DNA from: an uncultured Methylomirabilota bacterium
GTDB lineage: Bacteria; Methylomirabilota; Methylomirabilia; Methylomirabilales; 2-02-FULL-66-22
DNA: 64,000 nt
NCBI GenBank assembly: GCA_963845565.1
Contig: CAWJSJ010000002.1
Coordinates: forward strand, 384,001 to 448,000
Direction of reading: 5' to 3'
Made by a program: the position numbers and the translations under genes
The notes under the pieces: model-generated
Databases searched by the model: none
The model's input: only the letters and a program-made list of their open reading frames with translations
What the model was told of the DNA's origin: nothing
Shown here: positions 1 to 10,734 of the stretch, piece after piece
Numbering within the stretch: the first letter of the stretch is position 1
Layout of the letters: each line of letters begins with the position of its first letter

Positions 1-1
1 C

Positions 2-91
2 ATCGTCCTGGGCGCGTTCCCGCTGCTGTACTTCCTGATCAAGACGTTCCCACGATTGCGGCAGGTGGGATCGCTGGGCGGGAAAAGGTAA
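2..91 (+). CDS. 3' end of a probable membrane protein, truncated by the window edge
   Basis: Open frame IVLGAFPLLYFLIKTFPRLRQVGSLGGKR, stop TAA at 89-91; hydrophobic stretch followed by a basic tail. Confidence 0.5.
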   Translation: MVLGAFPLLYFLIKTFPRLRQVGSLGGKR

Positions 92-133
92 AGGACTCCC
101 GAGCTTCTCAGGCGCCAAGGGCCCATTTTCGCG

Positions 134-279
134 CAGGTTGCTCAAAAAGGCCCAGATGCAAGGCGGTTGGCCGAAGGCCGAGCGAGGCGTACTGGAGGTA
201 CGCCGCAGCGAGTGCCGAGGCCGGCGGGGTACCCATCCAAAGGATGGGTCCTCGCAGGTGGGCCTTTTTCAGCAGCCTG
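134..279. repeat. Palindromic MITE/REP-like element, family 1, copy 1
   Basis: Terminal inverted repeats CAGGTTGCTCAAAAAGGCCCA / TGGGCCTTTTTCAGCAGCCTG; internal hairpins GCGTAC-tggag-GTACGC and ACCCATCC-aaa-GGATGGGT; homologous copy at 5648-5772. Confidence 0.85.
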
Positions 280-1717
280 TCAAAACTGGTGGCCGATCTC
301 CATATAGAAGAGACTCCCCTCGTTTCCCATTCCATATTCGAAGCTGATGATTGTGGCGAGATTCCACGCGATTCGAAGGCCCAGCCCGCCGGCGGCCTTC
401 CAGTCATTCAGGCTGAACTGTCCGACCTTGTCGAACACTCGGCCCGCATCCACAAACGGCACCAGCATGGGCTTGAAGTGCTGGCCCAGTACGCTGAAAT
501 CCAGGAGGCTCCACCGGAGCTCGAGACTCCCGTGCATCGCCACGTTGCCCACGAATCGGTTCCCGTAATACCCGCGGAGTGTCCGCCAGCCGCCCAACCC
601 CTCCTTGCGTTCATTCTCCGGAGTCGCCAGGCTGGGGATGGCGAAGAACGGCGTGTCCCCAAAGTGGGCCGAGTAGACGGCGTTTCCCGCCAGCACGAGC
701 CGCGCGAGACTCGGAAGCAGCGGGTAATATCCTTGGAGCCCAACCGTCACGTGGCCGAAAGCCGAATCCGCCCCAAGCCAACGCGTGGTTCCTTGGAATA
801 GCACCTGGCCGAGGACGCCCGAGGTCGGGTCGGGCTCGTAGTCCCGCGTATCGTAGGTGAGCCCCACGCGAAGCAGATTCAACCACCCCCCATCAAAGCC
901 CTGAATCGTGCCGTTCTGGTAGTCTGCCCTGAGCTTCGTCTCCTGATTGGTCGGCCCCGTCCACGACCGCACCGGTGTAATCCCGCACATTCACGCGGGA
1001 GATCTGGAAGCCCAACAGCGGCCGCAGCAGTCCGCCCAGGTAGTCTCGCTCCACGTTGACGACAAATGCGAACTGCCGCCGATCGTAGTAGTTGTAACGC
1101 GCCCAGGTCTTGCCTCCGCGGTTTTCCTGCAACGCGTCGAAGTAGTCGTTGGCTCGTGCGTACGTCACCCCCGGCGTCCCGGGGAAGCTCAACGGGCCGA
1201 GCGTCCCCACGCCGACGCCGAAGTAATTCTCGAATTCGTACACGAAATATGCCCCGGAGGCTCGTACCCGCCACGCCGAGTCGTCGATGTAGGGTTGATC
1301 GTATTCGAGGAGGTATTCCTGGCGACCCTTGGTGCCGAAGGCGAGCGTGGCGTTGATCTTCTTCCGGTAGGGGGCGTACCAGAAGAATGGACTGTCTTTG
1401 GAGCCGTTATCGTACCACTGGACGGATCCGCCGTACACCACACCGCTCTCCGGCGTCACGCCGATCAGCGGCAACCCGGTGAAATACGCCCCCTCGCGCT
1501 TGTCCTTCAACAGAAGCTCGGGGATCGGCCGCCTGTTGCGCATGACCTCCGGCGGCGACGGGATGGTGGCGACCGACGGCTCCGGGCGCTCTGCAGCCGC
1601 GTCATCTCCCGCGGCAAGGCACGATGATGGATCGCCGGCGAGCCACAGGAGCACCGCCACGAGCAGGCGGCCCCACCTCGCGTCCTGCCGCAGAGCGCGG
1701 TGCCGGAGGCAGCGCAC
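280..1717 (-). CDS. Omp85/BamA-TamA family outer-membrane beta-barrel, one frameshift near 950
   Basis: ORFs 893..1900 and 280..990 join. Signal-like N-terminus from GTG 1717; TYDTRD and GGWRTLRGYYGNRFVG (VRGY-like) motifs; C-terminal aromatic ...EIGHQF. Confidence 0.8.
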
Positions 1718-1857
1718 GGCTCGACCTTTCGGAGAAGGGTGAATGGATGCGACGGTCGTTCGAACCTGCGGAAGATCGCGCGGCGCGCGAGCGATTGTCA
1801 AGGGCAATTCGCCCGAAGCGGAGTTCATCCTGCGCGGAACGCGCTCGGAGGCAACGC

Positions 1858-2358
1858 TCAGACGTCGGGCGGGTCGGGCCGGCGTCGCGTTCGATGCCAC
1901 GCCTCGTGGATCAGCCCCGCGGCAAGCGAGACCGCGGCGCGGGCGCGTCCTCGGAGGCGCATTCCTGCCCCCTCCAGTCGTTGCATCCGGCCTTCCCGTA
2001 CCCGCGCCACGACACGTCCCACCAGTTCATCGGCGGGTACCGGCGGATCGAGCCGGGAGGCGCCATCCCCCTTGGTGAGCAGGCGCCAGCCCTGTCGCGA
2101 CGGCCAACGACCAACGAATCGATGAATGACCGGGCCGGCCGTATTCACTCGGACCACGACGTCCCCCACCCGCATCTCCGCCGCCGTCATCGGGACCAGC
2201 CGCACTCGATCGCCGTCGCGCAGCCAGGGGCGCATGCTGATCCCCCGCACGGGAATCTCGACCGGTTTCCCCTCGGCGGTCAAATCGCGGAGCAGGATCG
2301 CCAGGAGGGCGGGGCGGAATTCCTCCGGCGCGGCCAGGGGAGACGTCACGCTTTCCAC
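1858..2358 (-). CDS. S24/S26 family peptidase (signal-peptidase-like)
   Basis: Motifs RGISMRPWLRDGD, GDVVV, VIHRFVG, LLTKGD and LVGRVV. Confidence 0.75.
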   Translation of the reverse strand: MESVTSPLAAPEEFRPALLAILLRDLTAEGKPVEIPVRGISMRPWLRDGDRVRLVPMTAAEMRVGDVVVRVNTAGPVIHRFVGRWPSRQGWRLLTKGDGASRLDPPVPADELVGRVVARVREGRMQRLEGAGMRLRGRARAAVSLAAGLIHEAWHRTRRRPDPPDV

Positions 2359-3004
2359 TTTCGGAAGAACAGCGCCTGGCGCTTGATGTCTTCCGTCTTC
2401 GCGGTGAGGGCCCGGAGCCGCTCCTCGGAGAGCGGCGTGAAATCCCGTGCGATCCGCACGTTCTCTTCCAGGTGGGCCACCGTGTCGCAGCCGACGATCA
2501 CCGTGCTGACGGGGAGTGACAGAACGTACTGCATTGCCTCTTTCATCGTGAGCGTGCCGCTGCGGGTCGCGCGCTCGAACTCGCGCTGCGTCTCCGGCGG
2601 GGGTGGTGTCCAGCCGGACAGGGTGCGACCGCGCGCCGGGATCTTCATCCCGATGATCCCCAGCTCTTGCTCCAGCGCCAGTCGAGGTAATGCACTCTCA
2701 GGTCAATCGCGCGGTTCACGATGGCGAACACCTGGTCTTCCATGTTGGGTTTCTCGATGGTCGCCTGCCCGCCCAAGCCGAAGATCCCGACCCGGTGTCC
2801 CGTCTTGCCGAGATTCCGCGTCGGCATCGCCGCAAACGTCCGCTCGTTGAAGGGCACGCCCGATGGCGCCTTCGGGACATCCGCCTCGCCACGGGACACC
2901 TGGTACCCCACCGTCACCCCAACCGCGCCCGCCACGGCGGTCTCGAACTCGCGGCGGCTCGCACCCTGTTTCTCAGTGCCACTGGTCGGTTCTTGCTCCC
3001 TCAT
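2346..3004 (-). pseudogene. Tat-exported aldo/keto reductase with a large internal deletion and frameshift
   Basis: SRREF Tat-like leader, then MPTRNLGKTG...NRAIDLRVHYLD; jumps near 2680 to ...GIIGMKIPARG...VSTVIVGCDTVAHLEENV; the central catalytic region is missing. Confidence 0.75.
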
Positions 3005-3348
3005 GCCCCCCCTCCCTCTATTGCGCGGATCGCACGCACACCCCGTGGTGTCCCTATACCGGAGACCGACTGGCGTGTCAAGGCCGGGGCGATCCGCCCG
3101 GCGTGTGGTCGCAACCGTGAAGAGGTTCACGACGGGGGACAACGTGCGTGGCGGACGGCTTCGACGCGGTCGGTAACGTCTCCGAGGCGAGAGCGCCTTG
3201 CGCGGACGGCGTTAGGGTGGCACGATCACGATGGTCCGACGTGTGCCGCGGCCTCGACTCCGCCTGACCGCGCCTCGGGCGGTCCCGGCTACCAGCGGGG
3301 TGCCGGCGCGTCGCTTCTGACTGAACACTTCAGCAAAGGGAGAGGAGC

Positions 3349-3930
3349 ATGGCATTCACACTGCGCATTGGCGACAAGGCCCCGGATTTCGAGCTGCCGG
3401 CCACCGACGGGAAGAGCTACGGCTTGGCGGATTTCGCCGGGGCGAAGGCGCTGGTGGTCTTCTTCACCTGCAACCACTGCCCGTTCGTCCTGGGATCGGA
3501 CGAAGTGACGCGTGCCACCGCCGATCGCTACAAGGGCAAGGGCGTGGCGTTCATCGGGATCAACTCCAACAGCGAGATCACCCATCCGAACGACGACTTC
3601 GCCCATATGGTGGAACGGATGAAGACCCAACGCTTTCCGTGGGTGTATGCGCGCGACAAGTCCCAGGCCGTGGCGCAGGCCTACGGGGCGCTCCGGACCC
3701 CGCACTTCTACGTGTTCGATCAGAACCGTCGGCTCGTCTACACGGGCCGAGGCGTGGACAACCCGCGCAACTCGGCCCAGAGCACCGTCAACGATCTCGA
3801 ACGGGCGCTGGACGACCTGCTGGCGGGGCGGCCGGTCCGGACGCCGCTGACCAACCCCATCGGCTGCAACGTGAAGTGGGAGGGCAAAGACGCCCACTGG
3901 ATGCCGGCGGAGGCATGCGATCTGGTCTGA
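3349..3930 (+). CDS. AhpC/TSA-like thioredoxin family protein
   Basis: [17 protein letters not shown] (CxxC) and IGCNVKW motifs; AGGAG RBS. Confidence 0.9.
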   Translation: MAFTLRIGDKAPDFELPATDGKSYGLADFAGAKALVVFFTCNHCPFVLGSDEVTRATADRYKGKGVAFIGINSNSEITHPNDDFAHMVERMKTQRFPWVYARDKSQAVAQAYGALRTPHFYVFDQNRRLVYTGRGVDNPRNSAQSTVNDLERALDDLLAGRPVRTPLTNPIGCNVKWEGKDAHWMPAEACDLV

Positions 3931-3963
3931 CGAGAACGTCAGGAGAAAGGCGGCGGAAAAGCG

Positions 3964-4758
3964 CTACTTCTCTTCTCCGTGGCTCTCCCCGCCGGCCCAT
4001 GCCGGGCCCTGGATGAAGGCACCGCCGTCCACGGTGAGGACGGTGCCGGCGACGTAGGCGGCCTCGTCCGAGGCCAGAAAGGCCGCGGCGTTGCCGATGT
4101 CCTCGGGGCTGCCCAACCGACCAAGCGGCAGCTTCTTGCCCTCCCGATACAGCGCCTCGTCCGGATACCAGGTGCGCTCGCCGGGCGTGTCGGTCCAGCC
4201 GGGCTCGATCAGGTTCACGCGGATCCCCTGCCACATCAGTTCGTTGGCGGCGGACAGGACCAGCATGTGCCCGCCCGCCTTGGCGGTGTTGTAATCGATC
4301 GCCCCCTTGAAGGGCAGCCGGGCGTGAGGCGAGGAGATGTAGATGATGGAGCCTTTGGCCTGCCGCGCGACCATCTGACGAGCCACCACCTGGAGGACAT
4401 GAAACACCCCCACGATGCCGACGTCGATCGCCCGCCGCAGGTCTTCTTCCTTGGTTTCCAGAAGGTTCTGGCGCACGCTGGTCACGGCGTTGGCCACCAA
4501 GATATCGATCGCTCCCAGGCCGGCAGTGCACTCGCCAACCATCCGCTCGACGGCGCTCCGATCGCTGACATCCGCCTGCACCGGAAGCGCCCGACGGCCC
4601 ATGGCCCGAACGGAACCGGCCACCTCGGCACCAGCGGAAGCGGAACTCCGATAGTTGACGCAGACATCGGCGCCGGCCTTGGCCAGGGCCAGGGCCACAC
4701 CCCGACCGATACCCCGGGCGGCGCCGGTCACCAGGGCCACCTTTCCGGACAGCGACAT
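3964..4758 (-). CDS. SDR family oxidoreductase
   Basis: TGAARGIG and YNTAK (YxxxK) motifs; C-terminal VDGG. Confidence 0.92.
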   Translation of the reverse strand: MSLSGKVALVTGAARGIGRGVALALAKAGADVCVNYRSSASAGAEVAGSVRAMGRRALPVQADVSDRSAVERMVGECTAGLGAIDILVANAVTSVRQNLLETKEEDLRRAIDVGIVGVFHVLQVVARQMVARQAKGSIIYISSPHARLPFKGAIDYNTAKAGGHMLVLSAANELMWQGIRVNLIEPGWTDTPGERTWYPDEALYREGKKLPLGRLGSPEDIGNAAAFLASDEAAYVAGTVLTVDGGAFIQGPAWAGGESHGEEK

Positions 4759-4762
4759 GACG

Positions 4763-5581
4763 TTAGCCTCCTCCGCGACAGGGGTGGTAGATGAAGCGCT
4801 CACCGCGCGCCATGTAATGGCATGGCTGCTCGGGATGGAAACGCGCCAGGTATTCGAAGAGGTGGCCGGGGTTCTCCGCGTTCCCGGCGAAGAGGTCCCA
4901 GTGGGCCGGGATCAGGAGCTTCACGCCGGCCGCGGCGGCCAAGTCTGCGGCTTCACGGACGCCGAGATTCCCGATGATGTCCCGCTTGGTGCGGAAATAG
5001 TCCAGCCCGTTGATCGGTGCCAGCAGCACGTCCACCTGTCGTTCACGGAGCCGCTCGATCAAGCCGTCGTACATCACCGTGTCGCCGGTGTGGCAGAGCG
5101 TGATCCCGTCCAGTCGGACGATGTAGCCCTGGAAGCGGTGGCCGCCCTCCGCATCCACGAGCCGGTCGTGGGCCGCCGGGATGGGCCAGATCTCCACGTC
5201 CTTGATCCGAAACGGCTTGTCGGCCCGGCTGCCCACCACCCGCGCGGACGGCACCGCCTCCGTTGCCTGTGGGACGCACACCTCCGGCACCACGACAACC
5301 GCGGCGGGCGAGGCTTCGGCGAGCGGCTTTAGCGTCCAGGGGTCGAGGTGATCGATGTGGTCGTGCGTGCAGAAGACGAGATCCAGACCGCGCAGCTCCG
5401 CCGGTTGCACGAACGGCGGATACGATCGGTTCACGTTCCCCGGATAATCCGACAGATACAGATCGAACCCGAGGGTGCGCCCCTGCCCCTTGACCACGAA
5501 ACTGAGCTGGCCGAGCCACCAGATGGCCACCGCGCCCGACGGAACGACGGTGGAGCGAATCTCCGCGGCGATGTCGCGCAC
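4763..5581 (-). CDS. MBL-fold metallo-hydrolase (UlaG-like)
   Basis: WWLGQLSF, THDHIDHLD (HxHxDH), HTGDT and IPAHWDLF motifs. Confidence 0.88.
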   Translation of the reverse strand: MRDIAAEIRSTVVPSGAVAIWWLGQLSFVVKGQGRTLGFDLYLSDYPGNVNRSYPPFVQPAELRGLDLVFCTHDHIDHLDPWTLKPLAEASPAAVVVVPEVCVPQATEAVPSARVVGSRADKPFRIKDVEIWPIPAAHDRLVDAEGGHRFQGYIVRLDGITLCHTGDTVMYDGLIERLRERQVDVLLAPINGLDYFRTKRDIIGNLGVREAADLAAAAGVKLLIPAHWDLFAGNAENPGHLFEYLARFHPEQPCHYMARGERFIYHPCRGGG

Positions 5582-5647
5582 AGGAAAACCTCCAGAAAGG
5601 ACCCGTCCTCAGGAAACCAACAGGTCAGCGAAAAACCTGTCCTCAAC

Positions 5648-5772
5648 CAGGCCGCTCAAAACGGGCCAGCTGCAAGGCGGCACGCCGCAGCCCGAGCGAG
5701 GCGTACTGGAGGTACGTCGCAGCGAGTGGCGAGGCGGGCCAACGCAGCAGATGCGCCGTTTTCAGCGGCCTG
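5648..5772. repeat. Palindromic MITE/REP-like element, family 1, copy 2
   Basis: CAGGCCGCTCAAAACGG...CCGTTTTCAGCGGCCTG; core GAGCGAGGCGTACTGGAGGTACG(C/T)CGCAGCGAGTG shared with 134-279. Confidence 0.85.
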
Positions 5773-7846
5773 TCGGCCGCATCCACACCGCCGTATCATG
5801 AAACGCCCCGCCGCCATAGGGCGGAATCGGATCGTCGCCGACCAGCGTGTTGATCCCGACCCCGCCCGCGAAGTCGCCACTAGGCCAGATGCCTTCCACG
5901 ACGACCGTCCCCGGCAGCAAGCCGTCGAAGCGGCGCGCGTGAACGATCACGGCTCCGCGGGCATTGCCGATTTCGACGGGGCCTCCGTCCACGACTCCCA
6001 GCCGATCGGCATCGTCGGGATGGATCAGCGCCGTCGGCCGCTTTTCGCGCGCCCGCGACCCGGGCGTCTCGGTGAACGAGGTGTTGAGGAATCGTCGGGC
6101 CGGCGAGGTCACCAGGCGGAACGGCCGGTCGTCCGTCGCCGCGTCAATGATGTCCCACTGGTCAGGCAGCCGCGGCATGCGCTGCCAGTCCGATCCGGCG
6201 GTCGACCAGTCGGGCGCAAAGTGGAACTTCTTGTCAGGCGTACCGAATCCGTCCAGGAAGTGGGCCTCCCGGAACGGCAGCGCCGCATCCTCCCAGTGAC
6301 GTTCCAGGACGGTCTTGGCGTCCGGCCAACCGGAGGTACGAAGCGTCCAGTCGATCAGTTCCATCGCGCTCATCTCGAAGCCGGGATGCCGCGCCCCCAG
6401 CCGACGCGCCAGGCCCTGCAGGACCTCGTGATTCGACCGACACTCGCCGGGCGGCTCGACCAGCTTCGGCCCGACCTGTATGTGGCTGTGCCCTCCAGCC
6501 TGATACAGGTCGTCGTGCTCCAGGAACATCGTCGCCGGCAGCACCACGTCGGCGTACCGGGCCGTCTCGGTCAGGAACTGCTCGTGCACGACTGTGAACA
6601 GGTCCTCCCGCGCCAAGCCCTGGCGCACCCGGCTGGAGTCCGGCGCCACCACGGCCGGGTTGGTGTTCTGGATCAGCATGGCGGCAACCGGCGGCCCTCC
6701 CTTGAGCGCCCGCGCATCCCCCGCCAGGGCGGCCCCGATGAGACACATGTCGATCTCGCGAGTGCTCTTGTCCAGGGCGTCCAGCCCCTCGATCATGGTC
6801 TTGTTCCAGTGGTACGCGGACCGGTTGCTCCAGAAGGCGCCCCCGGCCTCGTGTTGCCATGCCCCCGTGACCGCCGGGAGGCAGGTGACCGCGTGCATCG
6901 CCGCGGCGCCGTTCCGCGACCGCGTGAATCCGTACCCGACTCGGATGTAGGCTCGCTGGGTAGTGTTGTAGAGCGTCGCGAAGGCTTCGATTTCTTCGAC
7001 CGAGAGTCCGGTGATCGCCGCCGCCCAGGCCGGGCCGCGAGCCGCGAGGTGGGCCTCCAGGTCGGCGGGAAGGTCGGTATAGCGCCCCAGGTACGCGCGG
7101 TCGGCGTGTCCGTCCCGGAACGCGCAATGCATCACCGCGCACGCCAGCGCGGCATCCGTCCCGGGCCGGAGGCACAGGAAACGATCGGCGACCGCCGCCG
7201 TGGGGCTTCGGTAGCAGTCCACCACCACCAGCGCGGCGCCGCGCTCCTGCCGCGCCCGCGTGACGTGCGTCATCACGTTGACCTGGGTGGACACCGGATT
7301 GCCGCCCCACACCACGATCAGGTCGGCCTTCGCCATCTCGCGCGGGTCGGGGCCGACGAACCGGCCGGTGCCGGCGATCCAGCCCGCCTCGGCGGACCCG
7401 GTGCAGATCGTCTTCTTCTGGCGGGAGTACCGCATGACGTGGCGCAACCGGTTGATGCCGTCGCGCATCACCAGGCCCATCGTCCCGGCGTAATAGTACG
7501 GCCACACGGCTTCGGATCCGTATTGGGCCGTCACCGCCCGAAACCGGCCGGCGATGCGATCCAGGGCCTCGTCCCAGTCGATGGCACGGAACTGCCCGGC
7601 GCCCTTCGGCCCGGTGCGAAGCAGCGGCTGCGTGAGCCGATCCGGGTGATGGATCCGCTCGGCGTACCGACCGACCTTCTCGCAGATCACGCCGGCGGTG
7701 TAGCTGTTCGCCTTGGCGCCGTGTAGCCGGCCGATGCGGCGGCCGTCCAGCACCTCGACCTCGAGGGCGCAAGTGGACGGGCAATCGTGCGGGCAGGCGG
7801 AGTGGCGGATGGCGGAAGCGCCGGTGGATGCTGTCCCGAACACCAT
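5762..7846 (-). CDS. Molybdopterin (bis-MGD) oxidoreductase family protein
   Basis: CPHDCPSTC Fe-S motif, ETARYADVVLPAT, C-terminal molybdopterin dinucleotide-binding domain (FLNTSF, IHPDDA). Confidence 0.92.
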   Translation of the reverse strand: MVFGTASTGASAIRHSACPHDCPSTCALEVEVLDGRRIGRLHGAKANSYTAGVICEKVGRYAERIHHPDRLTQPLLRTGPKGAGQFRAIDWDEALDRIAGRFRAVTAQYGSEAVWPYYYAGTMGLVMRDGINRLRHVMRYSRQKKTICTGSAEAGWIAGTGRFVGPDPREMAKADLIVVWGGNPVSTQVNVMTHVTRARQERGAALVVVDCYRSPTAAVADRFLCLRPGTDAALACAVMHCAFRDGHADRAYLGRYTDLPADLEAHLAARGPAWAAAITGLSVEEIEAFATLYNTTQRAYIRVGYGFTRSRNGAAAMHAVTCLPAVTGAWQHEAGGAFWSNRSAYHWNKTMIEGLDALDKSTREIDMCLIGAALAGDARALKGGPPVAAMLIQNTNPAVVAPDSSRVRQGLAREDLFTVVHEQFLTETARYADVVLPATMFLEHDDLYQAGGHSHIQVGPKLVEPPGECRSNHEVLQGLARRLGARHPGFEMSAMELIDWTLRTSGWPDAKTVLERHWEDAALPFREAHFLDGFGTPDKKFHFAPDWSTAGSDWQRMPRLPDQWDIIDAATDDRPFRLVTSPARRFLNTSFTETPGSRAREKRPTALIHPDDADRLGVVDGGPVEIGNARGAVIVHARRFDGLLPGTVVVEGIWPSGDFAGGVGINTLVGDDPIPPYGGGAFHDTAVWMRPTGR

Positions 7847-7937
7847 GTTGCTTTCCTCTCTATTCTATCCGCGGACGCTGCGCCAAGTGCGGCGCAAGTG
7901 CCAGCGGGATAATGGCCCCTCGACGGTACAGGCCGCC

Positions 7938-8044
7938 TTAGGAGCCGTTACGAAATAACTTGGCCATTTTTCTGTAATTTCGTTACGGCTCCTTATGCCG
8001 TCCTTGAATTTCGCCGGTCAAGGCATGCTTTGACGACGGCTCAG
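7938..8044 (+). repeat. Double-hairpin repeat, family 2, copy 1
   Basis: TTAGGAGCCGTTACGAAAT-N20-ATTTCGTTACGGCTCC-TTAT-GCCGTC...GACGGC-TCAG. Confidence 0.95.
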
Positions 8045-9489
8045 GTGACCAGCGGCAGGCGCACGGTGAACGTGCTGCCGACGCCGAGCGTGCTCTCCAC
8101 CTGGATCGTCCCCTGGTGGGCCTCGGCGATGGTTTTGGCGATGCACAACCCCAGGCCCGTCCCGCCCGCCTCGCGCGACCGCGCGCCGTCCACCCGGTAG
8201 AACCGATCGAAGATTCGCGGCAGCGCCTCGGGTGGGACACCGACGCCCGTGTCCCGGACCGAGATCTCCGCGAACTCCTCCGGGGACACGCCCGCCGCCG
8301 GCACGCCGTCCTCTTCGCGCTTGGCGGCCCGAAGGGCCAGGTCCACGCGCCCCCCCGACGGCGTGTACTTCACGGCGTTATCGACCAGATTGAGCAAGAG
8401 CTGTCTGAGTCGCTGCTCGTCCCCCTGCACGATCAGGGGCTCCACGCTCTGGATGCCGACCTGTACCCCCCGGGCCTGCCCTAGCACCATGCCCTGCCTG
8501 GCGGCGTCCTCCAACAGCCGATCCAACTCCACCGGGCCCCGCTCCCAGCGCAGCGCCCCCGCATCCGACCGGGACAGCATCAGCAGGTCATCCACCAGCC
8601 GCGCCATCCGCCCCACCTCTTCCAGGGCGCTTACCAGGACGCGCTGGTACTCAGCCGGCTCGCGCGCACTGCGCAGGGCGACCTCGATCTCGCCCTTCAG
8701 GATCGTGAGCGGGGTCCGCAGCTCGTGCGACGCATCCGCGGAGAAGCGGCGCACCTGGGCGAAACCGGCCTCCAGGCGGGCCAGCATCTCATTCAGCGTT
8801 CGGGCGAGCCGCCCGAGCTCGTCGTTTGTCTCGGCTCCCTCCAGGCGTTCGGCCAGGCGTTCGGCTTCGATGCGCCGGGCGGCCTGCGTCATCTGATCCA
8901 CGGGCCGGAGCACCCGCCGCGCCAGGAGCCATCCGCCGCCGCCCGCCAAGAGCAGTCCCAGGGGGGTCAGTGTGGCGAGGGCCCAGAGGAAATGCCGCCG
9001 CTCTCGAACGAGCCCCTCCAGCGACATGCCCACCTGGAGCACGTTGACGATCTGCCCCCGCAACACGATGGGAAAGGTGAAGACCCGCAGCGGGTACCCG
9101 CCGTCGTTCGGCAGCGTCTCGAACGTCCCGTACCCTTCCGTCGCGTTCTTCAGGGCCTTGGGGCTGATGGCAACCGGAGGGTTCTGGAGTCGGGGCAGGC
9201 GGGGGTCCACCTCGCCGCGGGGATCCAGGAACTGGTAGAAGCGGTCTGCAAAGTTCGACCCGAAGTATCGGCGCAGCAGCTCGTTCATGTCCGGCGGCAC
9301 GAATTCGGTGGCGGTCTGCGCTGCGGCCTGCGCGGCGGCCCTGGCGACGCGCTCCAGTGTGCCGTCCGCATCGTTCCACAGCCCGCGCATCAAGAGCCCG
9401 TAGGCCACCGTGCCCAAGACGAGCACCGTCGCGGCCAGGATCCCGGTGTACCAGAGCGTCATCCGCGCCCGGATCGAGAGTCGCCTCAT
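8041..9489 (-). CDS. Sensor histidine kinase (CusS/heavy-metal type)
   Basis: Two TM helices, HAMP, SADASHELRTPL H-box, N/G boxes (NLVDNAVKY, GTGLGL). Confidence 0.93.
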   Translation of the reverse strand: MRRLSIRARMTLWYTGILAATVLVLGTVAYGLLMRGLWNDADGTLERVARAAAQAAAQTATEFVPPDMNELLRRYFGSNFADRFYQFLDPRGEVDPRLPRLQNPPVAISPKALKNATEGYGTFETLPNDGGYPLRVFTFPIVLRGQIVNVLQVGMSLEGLVRERRHFLWALATLTPLGLLLAGGGGWLLARRVLRPVDQMTQAARRIEAERLAERLEGAETNDELGRLARTLNEMLARLEAGFAQVRRFSADASHELRTPLTILKGEIEVALRSAREPAEYQRVLVSALEEVGRMARLVDDLLMLSRSDAGALRWERGPVELDRLLEDAARQGMVLGQARGVQVGIQSVEPLIVQGDEQRLRQLLLNLVDNAVKYTPSGGRVDLALRAAKREEDGVPAAGVSPEEFAEISVRDTGVGVPPEALPRIFDRFYRVDGARSREAGGTGLGLCIAKTIAEAHQGTIQVESTLGVGSTFTVRLPLVT

Positions 9490-10184
9490 CTCGACTCTCG
9501 GCTCTCTGGTCTCGGCTCGGCTTGCAACACATAGCCGGTGCCGCGTACCGTGTGGAGCAGCTTCGGCTCTCGGCCCGCGTCGACCTTCTTCCGCAGGTAG
9601 TTCACGTACACGTCGATCACGTTGGTCCCGGAGTCGAAATCGTAATCCCAGACGTGCTCGGCGATCATCGTCCGGGTGAGGACCCGGCCGGGATTGCGCA
9701 GGAAATACTCCAGGAGGGCGAACTCGCGGTTGGTAAGGGTAATGGGCTCGCCGCCGCGGGCGACCGAGTGCGTCGCGGGGTCCAGAACCAAATCGGCGAT
9801 CTGGAGCTTCGGCGTGCGTGCATCGGCCCGCCGCCGCAGGAGGGCCCGGACGCGCGCGAGCAGCTCCGCGAATGCGAAAGGCTTGGTCAGATAATCGTCT
9901 GCCCCGGCGTCCAGCCCCTGCACCTTGTCCTCCACGGTGTCTCGCGCGGTCAGGAGCAGCACCGGCGTGGTCAACTTCTCCTGCCGCAGCTCTCGCAACA
10001 CCTGGAATCCCGGCTTCTTCGGCAGCATGACGTCCAGGATGATCAGGTCGTGGAGCCGGTCCAGACCCATAAAGAGGCCGGCCTCGCCGTCGGGGGCCAC
10101 GTCCACCGCGTAGCCCTCCTCCTCCAATCCTTTATGGATGAAGCTGGCGACTTTCTTGTCGTCCTCCACCAGGAGAATCCGCAT
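9486..10184 (-). CDS. OmpR-family response regulator (CusR-like)
   Basis: MRILLVEDD, LDVMLP, GADDYLTKPF and HTVRGTGY motifs; ATGA overlap with the kinase. Confidence 0.95.
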   Translation of the reverse strand: MRILLVEDDKKVASFIHKGLEEEGYAVDVAPDGEAGLFMGLDRLHDLIILDVMLPKKPGFQVLRELRQEKLTTPVLLLTARDTVEDKVQGLDAGADDYLTKPFAFAELLARVRALLRRRADARTPKLQIADLVLDPATHSVARGGEPITLTNREFALLEYFLRNPGRVLTRTMIAEHVWDYDFDSGTNVIDVYVNYLRKKVDAGREPKLLHTVRGTGYVLQAEPRPESRESR

Positions 10185-10219
10185 GACACCCCCCACGTGA
10201 CGCACGCGACGCGCGGCGT

Positions 10220-10618
10220 CTATGCTCGGCTCTCGGGTCTCGGGTCTCGGGTCTTTCGTCTCGCCGCCGCATCGTGGCTGGCGGTCACCACGGTGTGAAT
10301 GCCGCCCCGGACGTAGAAATCGCCGGCCACGGTCATATGCCGCGGTCGGGTCGCGCTGACCAGATCGTCCAGGATGGCGTTGGTCACCGCCTCATGGAAG
10401 TGGCCCTCGTTTCGGAACGACCACAGGTACAGCTTCAACGACTTCAGCTCCACGCAGAGCCGGTCGGGTACGTAGCGGATGCGGAGTGTGGCGAAGTCCG
10501 GTTGGCCGGTCATCGGGCACAGGCACGTGAACTCCGCGCACTCGAAGCTGATCTCGTAATCCCGCCCTGGGTTGGGGTTGGGAAAGGTCTCCAGGCGCTT
10601 GGCAGGTTTCGTTGGCAC
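10220..10618 (-). CDS. queF: preQ1 synthase (7-cyano-7-deazaguanine reductase)
   Basis: [15 protein letters not shown], QueF motif [16 protein letters not shown] and VRGGI. Confidence 0.95.
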   Translation of the reverse strand: MPTKPAKRLETFPNPNPGRDYEISFECAEFTCLCPMTGQPDFATLRIRYVPDRLCVELKSLKLYLWSFRNEGHFHEAVTNAILDDLVSATRPRHMTVAGDFYVRGGIHTVVTASHDAAARRKTRDPRPESRA

Positions 10619-10628
10619 ATCGGTCTCC

Positions 10629-10734
10629 TTAGGAGCCGTTACGAAATAGGTTGGCCATTGTTTGAGATTTCGTTACGGCTCCTTATGCCGTTCCCGGAAT
10701 TTTTCCGGTCAATTATTCTATGACAACGGCTTAG
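10629..10734 (+). repeat. Double-hairpin repeat, family 2, copy 2
   Basis: Identical first-hairpin arms, 19-nt loop; ends AACGGC-TTAG, overlapping the DoxX stop. Confidence 0.95.

Noticed and set aside
1858..2358. S26 peptidase as part of a lasso peptide/RiPP cluster
   Set aside because: No PqqD/RRE, cyclase, nucleotidyltransferase or precursor is visible nearby.
5348..7726. Long antisense ORFs (also 13824..16277, 17373..20321, 27212..28933, 39885..41486, 52018..53943)
   Set aside because: Shadows of real genes in GC-rich DNA, with no recognisable motifs.
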